From the IMG/VR virus record IMGVR_UViG_3300005676_000004: DNA of 64,000 nt; one strand, 5' to 3'. Below the pieces are notes generated by a model that was given only the letters and a program-made list of their open reading frames with translations, had not been told where the DNA came from and did no database searches. Both the position numbers and the translations under genes were made by a program. Source of the DNA: a virus. Position 1 is the stretch's first letter. The number at the start of each line of letters is the position of its first letter. This document shows, in pieces, positions 1 to 8,486 of this stretch.

Positions 1-3
1 TAC

Positions 4-345
4 GTGGAGATGTCATATTTTATCCCGACATTTTTGGAAGAAGATGTTAAAGTTGCTCAATTTCTGTTGCACATTACAGATACAAACCGACTTTATGAAG
101 GCATGAATATACGGCGTTCGTTTCCGACCTACCCGCAGCAAATGAATATTGATCCGTTTCTTTTCCTCAACTTACACGTCGTTGATTTAGTGCAAAGTGC
201 AATTATAAATTACACGATGCGGCACATCACGTCGTATTCAAGCATAACAAATGATTACTACGAATTTGTTCGGAACGTTTTTGAAAACATTCGGCGGCTT
301 GACATCGGATACAAATTTCCACCATTAAACTCAAAACAACAATGA
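4..345 (+). CDS. hypothetical protein, possibly truncated at the window edge
   Basis: 113-aa ORF whose stop overlaps the next start (ATGA); shares a VxDxxQxxxxNYTxxxI segment with 342..1253. Confidence 0.6.
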   Translation: MEMSYFIPTFLEEDVKVAQFLLHITDTNRLYEGMNIRRSFPTYPQQMNIDPFLFLNLHVVDLVQSAIINYTMRHITSYSSITNDYYEFVRNVFENIRRLDIGYKFPPLNSKQQ

Positions 346-1253
346 ATAACGACCAAAAACAATCTCAAACTTTGAACGGCACGGTAGTGTTTGAGTCAGC
401 AGTTAATGAGATTTTTAAAGAATTTCATAAAAAAATCTGTAACAGACTTAAATCTCTAGACGGCAGTTATCCACACAAACATATTGAGACGTTCACATAC
501 AGACCTTGGAAAGCTATTGATATAGCGTTTGATGTGAAATTATCATATACCATCCATGGACCTTTTGAACATCTTGACACTGAGGAAGAGGACTATGACG
601 AAATTGTGGACGAAATTGCAGATTTTGAGGTGTCTATAGTAGATACGAACTCCATGTTTGAGGAACAAACAATTAATCATTATGTCATGGATGTTAAAAA
701 GTTTATTAACTGGGGACGAATCTACCGCATAGAACTAGGCGTCCTTGACATGATTCAAGCCATTGTCCTAAACTACACACTGCAATTTATTATAGATAGT
801 AACTACATCTCCCCCGAAAATGTAAGACTATGCAATCAATTACAAGAAGCACTAATTCATTTTGATGAAAAACTTTTTACTGACAATGAATGTGTAGAAC
901 CTTCAAAGGTAGTATATGATTACCTCTCGTTCGCTGAACGGTTTGCGATGTTTAGGAGGAGTTTTCCGGATGTAAACAAAAAGAACCTCACAGAGTTAGT
1001 AGAGCGTGTGAAAGATATGAACCCTAGTTTTCTCTGGGGCGTAGGGGGTGAAGTGGAGATTGTGTTTGACTTAATCCGAAAAAATGAATCGTCGGATACT
1101 GTCATAATTTTCAAAACTGTAATTGTTTGGTTTGACACTGATGGTAACATGACGCTCACCGACGTGTGGTTTCAGCCGGATAAGGAAGATGGTATCCCGT
1201 TTTCAGACGTTGACGCACTGTTTCAATACTTTCAGCAACCGTACACGGTGTAG
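342..1253 (+). CDS. hypothetical protein
   Basis: 303-aa ORF translationally coupled to the upstream ORF; no motif recognised. Confidence 0.8.
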   Translation: MNNDQKQSQTLNGTVVFESAVNEIFKEFHKKICNRLKSLDGSYPHKHIETFTYRPWKAIDIAFDVKLSYTIHGPFEHLDTEEEDYDEIVDEIADFEVSIVDTNSMFEEQTINHYVMDVKKFINWGRIYRIELGVLDMIQAIVLNYTLQFIIDSNYISPENVRLCNQLQEALIHFDEKLFTDNECVEPSKVVYDYLSFAERFAMFRRSFPDVNKKNLTELVERVKDMNPSFLWGVGGEVEIVFDLIRKNESSDTVIIFKTVIVWFDTDGNMTLTDVWFQPDKEDGIPFSDVDALFQYFQQPYTV

Positions 1254-1300
1254 CTGAATACGAAAAAAAATGTCAAGGAAAGTGAATCTTTTGTGCAGAT

Positions 1301-1795
1301 TTGGCGTATATTGCTCAAAACTTCACAGGAGATTACAACATGTTTTCGGACTTCACAGCACTCAAACCAAGACAATTCCGAAAGTTTAGCGGACTAGATC
1401 GCAGCGATGCGGTTGCGCTGAAGGATGAATTGTCCGCTAAACTCTCGGAAGTGTATGCCAAGATTGCAGACGACCCCACTAACATTGAACTCATACGGTT
1501 AGTAGATGTCCTAGATGCAGACTTAGGGGCGGTGAATACGTATATTCACCTAGAATACTACCGTTACACCACCGTTGAATCCATAGACCGTCGTATTGAA
1601 TGTATAGAAGACGACCTCCAGCGAATACGAAACGAGTATGCTGAGGTTGAGGATGCGGTTAATAGTTTGGGACTTACTGACTCATGCCGAGAGGATCACC
1701 TTTTCTATGCCACAGGTCGCCTTGAATATGAACTGGAAGTTATGCAAATTCTTCGCAAGAACGTCCTAAAAACTCGCAATCGAAAACAACGATAA
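1301..1795 (+). CDS. hypothetical helical protein (start uncertain)
   Basis: 164-aa ORF with a TTG start in the track; an in-frame ATG lies slightly downstream; followed by a terminator-like hairpin. Confidence 0.7.
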   Translation: MAYIAQNFTGDYNMFSDFTALKPRQFRKFSGLDRSDAVALKDELSAKLSEVYAKIADDPTNIELIRLVDVLDADLGAVNTYIHLEYYRYTTVESIDRRIECIEDDLQRIRNEYAEVEDAVNSLGLTDSCREDHLFYATGRLEYELEVMQILRKNVLKTRNRKQR

Positions 1796-1800
1796 CGTGC

Positions 1801-1852
1801 CTGCTCGTGGTAAGTATTTTTTCGTATTTACCACGAGCAGTTTGTGCGTTTC
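1801..1852 (+). terminator. intrinsic terminator-like hairpin
   Basis: CTGCTCGTGGTAAGTA (1801-1816) pairs with TATTTACCACGAGCAG (1825-1840): 16 bp with one G-T pair, an 8-nt loop, then TTTGTGCGTTT. Confidence 0.7.
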
Positions 1853-1935
1853 ACGAATAATTCGTATAATCGCTGTCGCTACTCGGTATGTAGCTAATTT
1901 ACAAGTCTTCTTGATCAACACTTTGGAACACTCAC

Positions 1936-2535
1936 GTGAAATGTACACAACCGAATCGTGGGGAGAAATATTGGTTTCTCAACGGTGATGGGGACGTCTG
2001 GAAAGCGATATGGAAAGATTCTGTTGCCGACGGCAAACGTTTTCGCATCGGAAACGTTTTCTTAACAGAAAGTGCGGCGGAGACTCATCGTGATCTTTTA
2101 CATCGGATAGCCGCTGAAGAAGTTATTCTCGTTGAAGTTCCTACTAACATGAAATGTGTGAACATTGAGCATTCAGATCACACCTTTTCAGATGAAACGG
2201 TTGGTAAGGCAGTTCGTGTGGAGTTCAGACAAAAGTTCAAGCCTCCTACTCAATGTTACGTGCATATCTATGAAGTATCTCATCATGGGAAGCCAGATGA
2301 CTCACGTCATTGGGACTTCTTAGGGGATAGTGAAGAATTTTACATTTACCTTGATGATATTGAATTTCTTAACAACCAACCAGATTCCGATGGTGGTAGT
2401 ATGCTAGAAGATTTTGAAGGTTTCAATACATCGTTAAGGAAACAAGAATCTTTTAAGTTAGCTCCCCATTTTACTGAAATGGATCATGATCATGCGGAGG
2501 AGGACGGATTTTTTCCAGAATTTGCACCCTTTTAA
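1936..2535 (+). CDS. array-A paralog 1 (GN[CV]F family), divergent, with an acidic C-terminal extension
   Basis: Motifs YW..W.D...R..IGNVF.TE..AE, V.VP, VHIYE..HG.PD match the five downstream paralogs. Confidence 0.8.
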   Translation: MKCTQPNRGEKYWFLNGDGDVWKAIWKDSVADGKRFRIGNVFLTESAAETHRDLLHRIAAEEVILVEVPTNMKCVNIEHSDHTFSDETVGKAVRVEFRQKFKPPTQCYVHIYEVSHHGKPDDSRHWDFLGDSEEFYIYLDDIEFLNNQPDSDGGSMLEDFEGFNTSLRKQESFKLAPHFTEMDHDHAEEDGFFPEFAPF

Positions 2536-2570
2536 CTTCACAAAACGAACACATCTCAATTGGAACAGCT

Positions 2571-2774
2571 ATGACTGCTGAAATTAAACTCAAAGGATAT
2601 GTCGCGGGAAGTATGAGTGACATGTCAACTTTTGATGACAATTGGTCAGAAGAAGAGAAGAACGCGTACTTTGAGAGTTACAATGTTGGAGTTACTGATA
2701 CAAAGGAGTTTAATAAAGTCCTTGATCAGCTAGTTCCAAAAGTTCACTCTCACGTTCGTCGACGTGTGAAGTAA
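2571..2774 (+). CDS. small hypothetical protein
   Basis: 67-aa ATG ORF filling the gap between array-A members. Confidence 0.6.
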   Translation: MTAEIKLKGYVAGSMSDMSTFDDNWSEEEKNAYFESYNVGVTDTKEFNKVLDQLVPKVHSHVRRRVK

Positions 2775-2802
2775 ACATTTTGAAATAAAAAAGAAACGAG
2801 CA

Positions 2803-3249
2803 ATGAAACAAGCAAAGAAACAATTTAAGCCAACACCGGGACAAACGTACTGGTATCTCAATTCTGAGGTCATGCCTGCAAGTGCAATATGGGCAGATAC
2901 CGTTGTACATTGGACACGCCTTAGTGTCGGTAACTGTTTTGAAGACAGTGAGGGAGAAATAACTGAATACGAACGGATGTTACGCAACATCACTTCGGGA
3001 CGCTCTGTAGTGGTTGAAGCACCCGAAGGGTGGGATGTCGTCGGTGTTGGTACAAATATCCCCGATGCGGACTCAGAACTATGTGCGCACTCAATAGTAT
3101 ACTTTAAGCGTATCATGCCGCCACCCAAAGAGATCGTGGTAAAGGTGTATAATATTGCGGAACACGGTGAGCCTGATACAAGACTTGGTGTGTACAATTT
3201 TATCTACCCTGGTAATTACGTCTACGTAAATGAATTGGAGGGATTGTGA
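2803..3249 (+). CDS. array-A paralog 2
   Basis: FKP..G..Y, W.D, GNCF, PEGW, PPPKEIVVKVY, HGEP and a C-terminal NELEGL. Confidence 0.9.
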   Translation: MKQAKKQFKPTPGQTYWYLNSEVMPASAIWADTVVHWTRLSVGNCFEDSEGEITEYERMLRNITSGRSVVVEAPEGWDVVGVGTNIPDADSELCAHSIVYFKRIMPPPKEIVVKVYNIAEHGEPDTRLGVYNFIYPGNYVYVNELEGL

Positions 3250-3726
3250 TGGAACGATTTAAACCAGAGGTGGGACAACCGTATCACTATGTAACCCACT
3301 ATGGCAGTGTAGAGGTTACTCGTTGGGTAGATGACACTTCGGATCATTTCCGCTACGATGTGGGTAATTGCTTTCGTACTCACGATGAAGCGAAAGGTAA
3401 GATTGATCGCGACGCGGCAATCACTTCTGGCCGCGCTGTTGTTGTTGACCTACCGGAAGGATGGGAGCTGGATCGGGGTAGAGTTGACAAGGGTATCGCT
3501 GGGCTTTATGATTACGAGGCCGATAGAGGCTACGGCGGTCTGGTGGTATGTGTCAAGCGCACTCCCACTCCCCCACCACCGAAGGAGATTGTGGTGAGGG
3601 TGTATGATGTGGAAACACATGGCGATCCGGTTCATGGACGCCTGTACGTGTACATCGGTAAGGGGCTGTATATCTATCCAAATGAAGCGGAGGGATTGTG
3701 ATGGAACGATTTAAACCAGAGGTGGG
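3237..3726 (+). repeat. 38-bp perfect direct repeat at two gene junctions (3237-3274 and 3689-3726)
   Basis: GGAGGGATTGTGATGGAACGATTTAAACCAGAGGTGGG read at both positions, 452 bp apart. Confidence 0.95.
3246..3701 (+). CDS. array-A paralog 3
   Basis: Same motif series; flanked by a 38-bp perfect direct repeat. Confidence 0.9.
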   Translation: MMERFKPEVGQPYHYVTHYGSVEVTRWVDDTSDHFRYDVGNCFRTHDEAKGKIDRDAAITSGRAVVVDLPEGWELDRGRVDKGIAGLYDYEADRGYGGLVVCVKRTPTPPPPKEIVVRVYDVETHGDPVHGRLYVYIGKGLYIYPNEAEGL

Positions 3727-4162
3727 GCAAGTGTACTACTACGTGGGTAATCATGGTAGGATAGAGGTTGACACGTGGACAGCCGAAACTATAGATAGGT
3801 ATCGCTATGATATGGGTAACTGTTTTGGCACGAAAGAGGATTGTCAAGCTAAAATTGACCGCGATATAGATATACTTGAACGGATCGCTTGCGGTCAAGC
3901 CGTAGTTGTTAATATACCGGATGGATGGGAGGTGGATGCAAGTATGGGTGATTCAGGTTTGACTGAGCTTTTTGACTGGCAAATGAAGAAAGGGCGTGGG
4001 CATGTAAATGTTTTTCTTCAGCGTAAACCATCACTCGCACCCTTAAACATGAACCTTAAAGTATATGATCGAAGAACGCACGGTAAACCGGACGATAATC
4101 GAGGATATTGGGTTATGGATGATTTCTTTTACGCCTATCTTAACGAAGCGAAGGAATTGTAA
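3698..4162 (+). CDS. array-A paralog 4
   Basis: MMERFKPEVGQ start, GNCF, PDGWE, HGKP, ends NEAKEL. Confidence 0.9.
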   Translation: MMERFKPEVGQVYYYVGNHGRIEVDTWTAETIDRYRYDMGNCFGTKEDCQAKIDRDIDILERIACGQAVVVNIPDGWEVDASMGDSGLTELFDWQMKKGRGHVNVFLQRKPSLAPLNMNLKVYDRRTHGKPDDNRGYWVMDDFFYAYLNEAKEL

Positions 4163-4632
4163 TGAAACGTTTTAAACCAAAAAGTGAAGAGAAGTACTGG
4201 TCATGTGGGGGCGATGGTTTTCCATTTCTACAGACGTGGGGTGGTTCGGATGATGACAAACGTAGATATGAAATAGGCAACTGTTTTCGAACTGTGGAGG
4301 ATGCCGAAGTATATGCAGACATGTTCAAAGCAATCGCCTCGGGTCGTGCCGTCATGGTAAATATACCGGATGGATGGGAGGTAGATAGGGATAGGGGAGT
4401 AGATGGCATAAACGACCTTGTTCCTGGTGAAATTCAACTACAGCGTGGATCAATACATGTTTATGTAAAGAAATGTACCACACCACCACAACCTCCGCCG
4501 AAAAAGGCTAAGGTGACGGTGAAGGTATATGATGTTACGATACACGGCGAACCAAATAAACAGCGTCCACACCAATACCTTACAAATTCGTATCTGTGCT
4601 ACATCTACACTGACGAAATGGAAGGGCTGTGA
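4162..4632 (+). CDS. array-A paralog 5
   Basis: MKRFKP start, GNCF, PDGWE, proline-rich hinge, HGEP, ends DEMEGL. Confidence 0.9.
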   Translation: MKRFKPKSEEKYWSCGGDGFPFLQTWGGSDDDKRRYEIGNCFRTVEDAEVYADMFKAIASGRAVMVNIPDGWEVDRDRGVDGINDLVPGEIQLQRGSIHVYVKKCTTPPQPPPKKAKVTVKVYDVTIHGEPNKQRPHQYLTNSYLCYIYTDEMEGL

Positions 4633-5063
4633 TGAAGCGTTTTAAGCCAGGCAATGGAGAAGAATACCATTTTAGCACTAGTGCTGGTGAGATTGGGACA
4701 GCCGTATGGCAAGATAATTACAGTGACATCCAGAGGTATCTTCTTGGTAACTGTTTCCGAACAATAAAGGAAACTCAAGCTAAAATAAACAACGACAAAG
4801 CTATTGCCGCAGGACGTGTTGTTATGGTCAATGTTCCAGATGGATACGAAATAGATTTTATACGACCAAGCGAACATAACAATTTTCGTTGGTCTGAAGT
4901 ACATTTCAAGCCTATCCCACCACCACTACCGCCGAAGGAGATTGTAGTGAAGGTGTATGACGAGGCTATCCATGGGCAACCTTCACCGAGTAGGCCGTGG
5001 GAGCTAATCGATGATCGCCTTCTTACAAAGTATTACTACACCGACGAACTGGAGGGGCTGTGA
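4629..5063 (+). CDS. array-A paralog 6
   Basis: MMKRFKP start, GNCF, PDGY, PPKEIVVKVYD, HGQP, ends DELEGL. Confidence 0.9.
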   Translation: MMKRFKPGNGEEYHFSTSAGEIGTAVWQDNYSDIQRYLLGNCFRTIKETQAKINNDKAIAAGRVVMVNVPDGYEIDFIRPSEHNNFRWSEVHFKPIPPPLPPKEIVVKVYDEAIHGQPSPSRPWELIDDRLLTKYYYTDELEGL

Positions 5064-5257
5064 AGCGGTACGATCAATTTGGCTACGATTCGGGCTTGTT
5101 CCCATGCAAGGATGGTGAATGGGTTTTCTACGACGAAGTGGAAGAGATAGCCAAACGGCTGGAGACGCTTAAACTGTTTCTTCGGGAAGACCCGAAATAC
5201 GTGTACGAGCAACTCACCGCCATCGTCAACGAAATCAGAGGTACTAATGAACATTGA
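5060..5257 (+). CDS. small phage protein, RY[DN]QFG family (paralog of 5495..5734)
   Basis: GTG start overlapping the upstream stop after GGAGG; RYDQFG...GEWVFYDEVEEIAKRLETLK...IVNEIRG. Confidence 0.8.
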   Translation: MKRYDQFGYDSGLFPCKDGEWVFYDEVEEIAKRLETLKLFLREDPKYVYEQLTAIVNEIRGTNEH

Positions 5258-5498
5258 GGAAGCACTCGCAGAAATCAAGCGGTTACGTGATGCACTGGGC
5301 CTTATTGCCAGTATCTACGAGCGTGAGTCTCCGACAGTGATGTATCGTGTGGCGCAAGCCGCATACGATATGCGGTGTGTTGCACGTACAGTACTTCTGC
5401 CAGTAGAGGAGCGGAAACATACTAATGTTCAGCCACCACAACCTCCGCCACCTACAAGCCCAGGTGTGGTAGCAATAACGGAAGGAGTAAAACCATGA
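5247..5498 (+). CDS. small hypothetical protein with a proline-rich tail
   Basis: 83 aa, overlaps both neighbours. Confidence 0.7.
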   Translation: MNIEEALAEIKRLRDALGLIASIYERESPTVMYRVAQAAYDMRCVARTVLLPVEERKHTNVQPPQPPPPTSPGVVAITEGVKP

Positions 5499-5734
5499 GC
5501 ATCCCAACAAAAGAGCAACTTGATGAAATACTATTAAGACGCTACAATCAATTCGGCTTTGAAGGTAGAATGGTAGAGTCTGAATATGGGGATTGGACAT
5601 GGTATCACGATGTAAAAGAGATAGCTGAGAGGTTAGAAAATTTACGGGTGATTCTGTCGCCCGATATGCATGTCATAGACAATGTAACAAATGAACTCGC
5701 CGCTATTATCAACGAAATTAAGGGAAAACAATGA
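5495..5734 (+). CDS. small phage protein, RY[DN]QFG family (paralog of 5060..5257)
   Basis: RYNQFG...GDWTWYHDVKEIAERLENLR...IINEIKG. Confidence 0.8.
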   Translation: MSIPTKEQLDEILLRRYNQFGFEGRMVESEYGDWTWYHDVKEIAERLENLRVILSPDMHVIDNVTNELAAIINEIKGKQ

Positions 5735-6006
5735 GTACCCTACGACTTGTAAACAAACAACCGATGGAGACGCTGCCTGTAGCTGGCGACAGAGGATGTT
5801 TTATTGAGTACAATGATGTCAGCGTACACATGATATGGCGGCGTGATTTAATCGAAGAACTTCGAGAGTACGAGGCGGTAAAGCGTGGAGAGAGGACGAT
5901 GATGAGTCCAACCGCTTGGTCGTATACCGCAACATTTGAACCGGAAATAACAAATAAAGAGAGCAAAAATGAGCACCCTACGACTTGTAAACGGTCAACC
6001 GATTAA
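5731..6006 (+). CDS. array-B cassette protein 1
   Basis: MSTLRLVN...LP, 45 variable residues, then AWSYTATFEPE. Confidence 0.85.
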   Translation: MSTLRLVNKQPMETLPVAGDRGCFIEYNDVSVHMIWRRDLIEELREYEAVKRGERTMMSPTAWSYTATFEPEITNKESKNEHPTTCKRSTD

Positions 6007-6460
6007 TACCTTACCCGAAGAAGACATATTGGTCTTTTTTCAAATCGTATGGATTGACGATGGACCATTACAAGGATCATCGATAGTAAAATCTAGCCAT
6101 GTTAATTGTGTCCGTGACCATTTAAGGGATGGCTGTGGAATGATTCCAATAGCTTGGTCATATACCGCAACATTTGAACCAGAAACAACCACACGGGAGC
6201 AAAAACATGAAAACCCTACGACTTGAGAATCCACAACGAATGGAAGACCTACCGTGGCCCGCTGAGCACGAAGGTTTGTTTTATGACTACACATGGCAGG
6301 ATAGTTATAAAGATTCACCGAAACGTCAAGTATCTGCCTTGACAACAGATACTATTGAGGAGTGGCGTAAATATGCACATTGCTTGTTTGTACTACACGC
6401 CTGGTCGTACACTGCAACATTTGAACCAGAAATAACAAATAAAGAGAGCAAAAATGAGCA
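5914..6460 (+). repeat. three conserved junction repeats of about 60-85 bp starting at 5914, 6152 and 6399
   Basis: Copies 1 and 3 match at 58 of 62 nt (all four differences at third codon positions); copy 2 is conserved at both ends. Confidence 0.9.
5969..6226 (+). CDS. array-B cassette protein 2
   Basis: MSTLRLVN...LP, 45 variable residues, then AWSYTATFEPE; starts 238 bp after cassette 1. Confidence 0.85.
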   Translation: MSTLRLVNGQPINTLPEEDILVFFQIVWIDDGPLQGSSIVKSSHVNCVRDHLRDGCGMIPIAWSYTATFEPETTTREQKHENPTT

Positions 6461-6623
6461 AAAGACAATCCCAATGCCCGAACTGAAGTTGGGAGGTGAT
6501 CATGACCTTTCAGTGTACCTGAACGACGTATGCATTTTTGCACACCCTTTTGACAAAGATAGTGTTGTGGGTATTTACTCCACGTTAAAAGAAGCCCTAA
6601 ACAAGGAGACGAACGATGAGTGA
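6207..6623 (+). CDS. array-B cassette protein 3 with a C-terminal read-through extension (start reassigned from 6174 to ATG 6207)
   Basis: MKTLRLEN...LP, 48 variable residues, then AWSYTATFEPE; ATG 6207 is in frame and 238 bp after 5969. Confidence 0.8.
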   Translation: MKTLRLENPQRMEDLPWPAEHEGLFYDYTWQDSYKDSPKRQVSALTTDTIEEWRKYAHCLFVLHAWSYTATFEPEITNKESKNEQKTIPMPELKLGGDHDLSVYLNDVCIFAHPFDKDSVVGIYSTLKEALNKETNDE

Positions 6624-6711
6624 AGAAATTCCCGTTATTGTCAACGTAGCATTTGTGGCGATAATCGTTACTTTGATCCTAGCATTTGTTTTTTGGATAC
6701 AGGAATATTAA
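6616..6711 (+). CDS. small single-pass membrane peptide (31 aa, absent from the ORF track)
   Basis: Hand translation MSEEIPVIVNVAFVAIIVTLILAFVFWIQEY; AAGGAG upstream; overlaps the previous stop. Confidence 0.6.
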   Translation: MSEEIPVIVNVAFVAIIVTLILAFVFWIQEY

Positions 6712-6717
6712 TGAACA

Positions 6718-6957
6718 ATGAATACAGGAGACCACTCAATGAGTGAAGCAGACGGTAGTAATCGATTCCTACAGGGCTACTTGTGCGCAGTCGCGACACT
6801 CCAGCGCATTGAGAATCCAACAAGCAATGGCATCTCAATGCTCGTTTCCGAATTGTACAAAGCTGGAGTCGGGAACATGACGATTGAAGAAATCAAAAAA
6901 GCTGGTATTGATGAGTATGACCTTGAAGTAATCAGGAGAATCGCCAGCGATGAGTAA
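6718..6957 (+). CDS. small hypothetical protein
   Basis: 79-aa ORF; the AGGAG at about 6726 favours the second ATG (MSEADG). Confidence 0.7.
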   Translation: MNTGDHSMSEADGSNRFLQGYLCAVATLQRIENPTSNGISMLVSELYKAGVGNMTIEEIKKAGIDEYDLEVIRRIASDE

Positions 6958-7192
6958 CCGTAGATGGAGACAGGGTGTGTCGTCACGCGACCCGTATTGT
7001 CCGCACTGTGACGCATACGTAGGTCGCATCGTTGCGGATGAAAGTCAATTTCCTCCAATGGAGATTTCCGCAAACACGTCGACCGACCACGATGTCGTTA
7101 TGACGTGTAATCAATGCGGCAAGGATTTTGGGTTGACGCGATCAATTCTACTAACAGTAACCTATGAGACAAAAAAGGAGACTACTCGATGA
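6950..7192 (+). CDS. zinc-ribbon protein
   Basis: CPHC ... CNQC cysteine pairs. Confidence 0.75.
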   Translation: MSNRRWRQGVSSRDPYCPHCDAYVGRIVADESQFPPMEISANTSTDHDVVMTCNQCGKDFGLTRSILLTVTYETKKETTR

Positions 7193-7674
7193 AGCTAGAT
7201 GACATTGACTGGAAGATATCCCAAGAAGATGAAGCCTTGATCCGGAAAATTGTAAACCGAGTTGCTGAACATGCTTTTGATAAGTTTGACGTCGTGTCGG
7301 CGATGATGGACGTTTACGTGGTACATCGCTACATTTGTCCGCTAGACCTCAAACGTATGGCAGACGGCAAGGATGCGGACATCATACACGACGTGTATGG
7401 CATCATGAAGAACCTCAACCGCAACTCTATAAAGCTCAAAAATTACTTCATCCCACGATTTGAACTGCGGGACAAGGATAGTGAAGACAGTGACGCAACT
7501 ACGTCACCATCAGTTGAACTACTTCACACGTATCTTCAAATTCCCGACCTTACGCAGTTTTCAACACAAGAAATAGATAAAATTTTGGTATTGGCTGACA
7601 CCATTGCTCAAACCATGATGTTTGAACTTAAAAAACGGCACTCATCAGAACTCATAGAGGAGAATAAATCATGA
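7189..7674 (+). CDS. conserved phage protein, DUF6874-like
   Basis: MD..V.H...CPLDL..M.......HDV.GI..NLNR....L...FIPRF pattern recalled for DUF6874; AAGGAG upstream. Confidence 0.6.
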   Translation: MKLDDIDWKISQEDEALIRKIVNRVAEHAFDKFDVVSAMMDVYVVHRYICPLDLKRMADGKDADIIHDVYGIMKNLNRNSIKLKNYFIPRFELRDKDSEDSDATTSPSVELLHTYLQIPDLTQFSTQEIDKILVLADTIAQTMMFELKKRHSSELIEENKS

Positions 7675-8063
7675 CTGTATTTGAAGAATTTTTCGCAAAT
7701 CTAGATTCTGACTCTAAAAATTTTTTTGAACAATTTTATGGTTTTGTAGAAAGCACCTCCGCTCAACGTGCGATGATCGTAGACCTACAAGATAAGATTA
7801 AGAAACATGAAATCACTATAGCTGAACAAGAGGCACAGATTAGTGAGTTGGAGCTTCTTCTCAACAAACGAAACGCATACATATCACAACTTGAATACGC
7901 TGTTAAGGTCAACTTACAAGATGAGCCAAATCTAACCGAAATACGACGCAAGTTGTTTGATGAGATACAGGAAGGAATCAAGTATCTAGAAACTGCTCGT
8001 GATATGGTAGCTAGTCTTAAGAATGACGTTGAAAAATCAACACAAACCAACACAGAGTCCTAA
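7671..8063 (+). CDS. coiled-coil hypothetical protein
   Basis: Heptad-rich 130-aa ORF. Confidence 0.75.
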   Translation: MTVFEEFFANLDSDSKNFFEQFYGFVESTSAQRAMIVDLQDKIKKHEITIAEQEAQISELELLLNKRNAYISQLEYAVKVNLQDEPNLTEIRRKLFDEIQEGIKYLETARDMVASLKNDVEKSTQTNTES

Positions 8064-8065
8064 CA

Positions 8066-8272
8066 ATGACTATCAGAAAATTTTTTAAGAAGTTACATTC
8101 ATTGGTAACTCTTGAGTTCATCTCTCCCGCCGAAAACATTAGTAAAGTTGTACTGTTTGATGAACTTTCTAAAGCATTTGAGCGAGAACGAAAATTGCGT
8201 AATGAAGTTTATGCTTTGACGCTAGAAGTAGCCTCCCTTAAAGAGCAACTCGCACAACGCCAACATGACTAG
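8066..8272 (+). CDS. small hypothetical protein
   Basis: 68 aa, in the coupled gene run. Confidence 0.6.
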   Translation: MTIRKFFKKLHSLVTLEFISPAENISKVVLFDELSKAFERERKLRNEVYALTLEVASLKEQLAQRQHD

Positions 8273-8486
8273 AAAACATAAGACTCGGGAAGAACTTATT
8301 CGGGAGATGCGTATACTCCGAAAGAAGCAGAAACGAACCCAAGAGCAGTTGGACACTATTCAAACGAATATTGAGAACGTGACAGACGCCTTGACAGTCA
8401 TCGTAAACACGACCCGAGCATTAAAACGAAAGATGAATCCTCTGCGCATACTGACGTCAATATTGCAGTCAGATGACGAGGGTTAA
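8265..8486 (+). CDS. small basic coiled-coil protein
   Basis: 73 aa, overlaps the previous ORF. Confidence 0.6.
   Translation: MTRKHKTREELIREMRILRKKQKRTQEQLDTIQTNIENVTDALTVIVNTTRALKRKMNPLRILTSILQSDDEG

Noticed and set aside
1256-1277. Reverse-oriented TTTTTTCGTA promoter-like element
   Set aside because: It lacks the TTTG box at the 20-nt spacing and the TAnnTTTG ending, and no credible minus-strand gene lies downstream
1797-1988. 63-aa + strand ORF
   Set aside because: It runs through a terminator hairpin, overlaps the next gene and has no RBS; probably spurious
5914-6460. Repeat-spacer pattern as a CRISPR array
   Set aside because: Repeats (60-85 bp) and spacers (about 150-175 bp) are too long, the repeats vary synonymously as coding sequence, they are not palindromic, and no cas gene is present
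1936-6623. Diversity-generating retroelement (TR/VR) explanation for the arrays
   Set aside because: No reverse transcriptase in the window, and differences between copies are not confined to adenines of one template
5731-6623. Integron cassette array
   Set aside because: No attC-like imperfect inverted repeats with RYYYAAC/GTTRRRY ends and no tyrosine recombinase were seen
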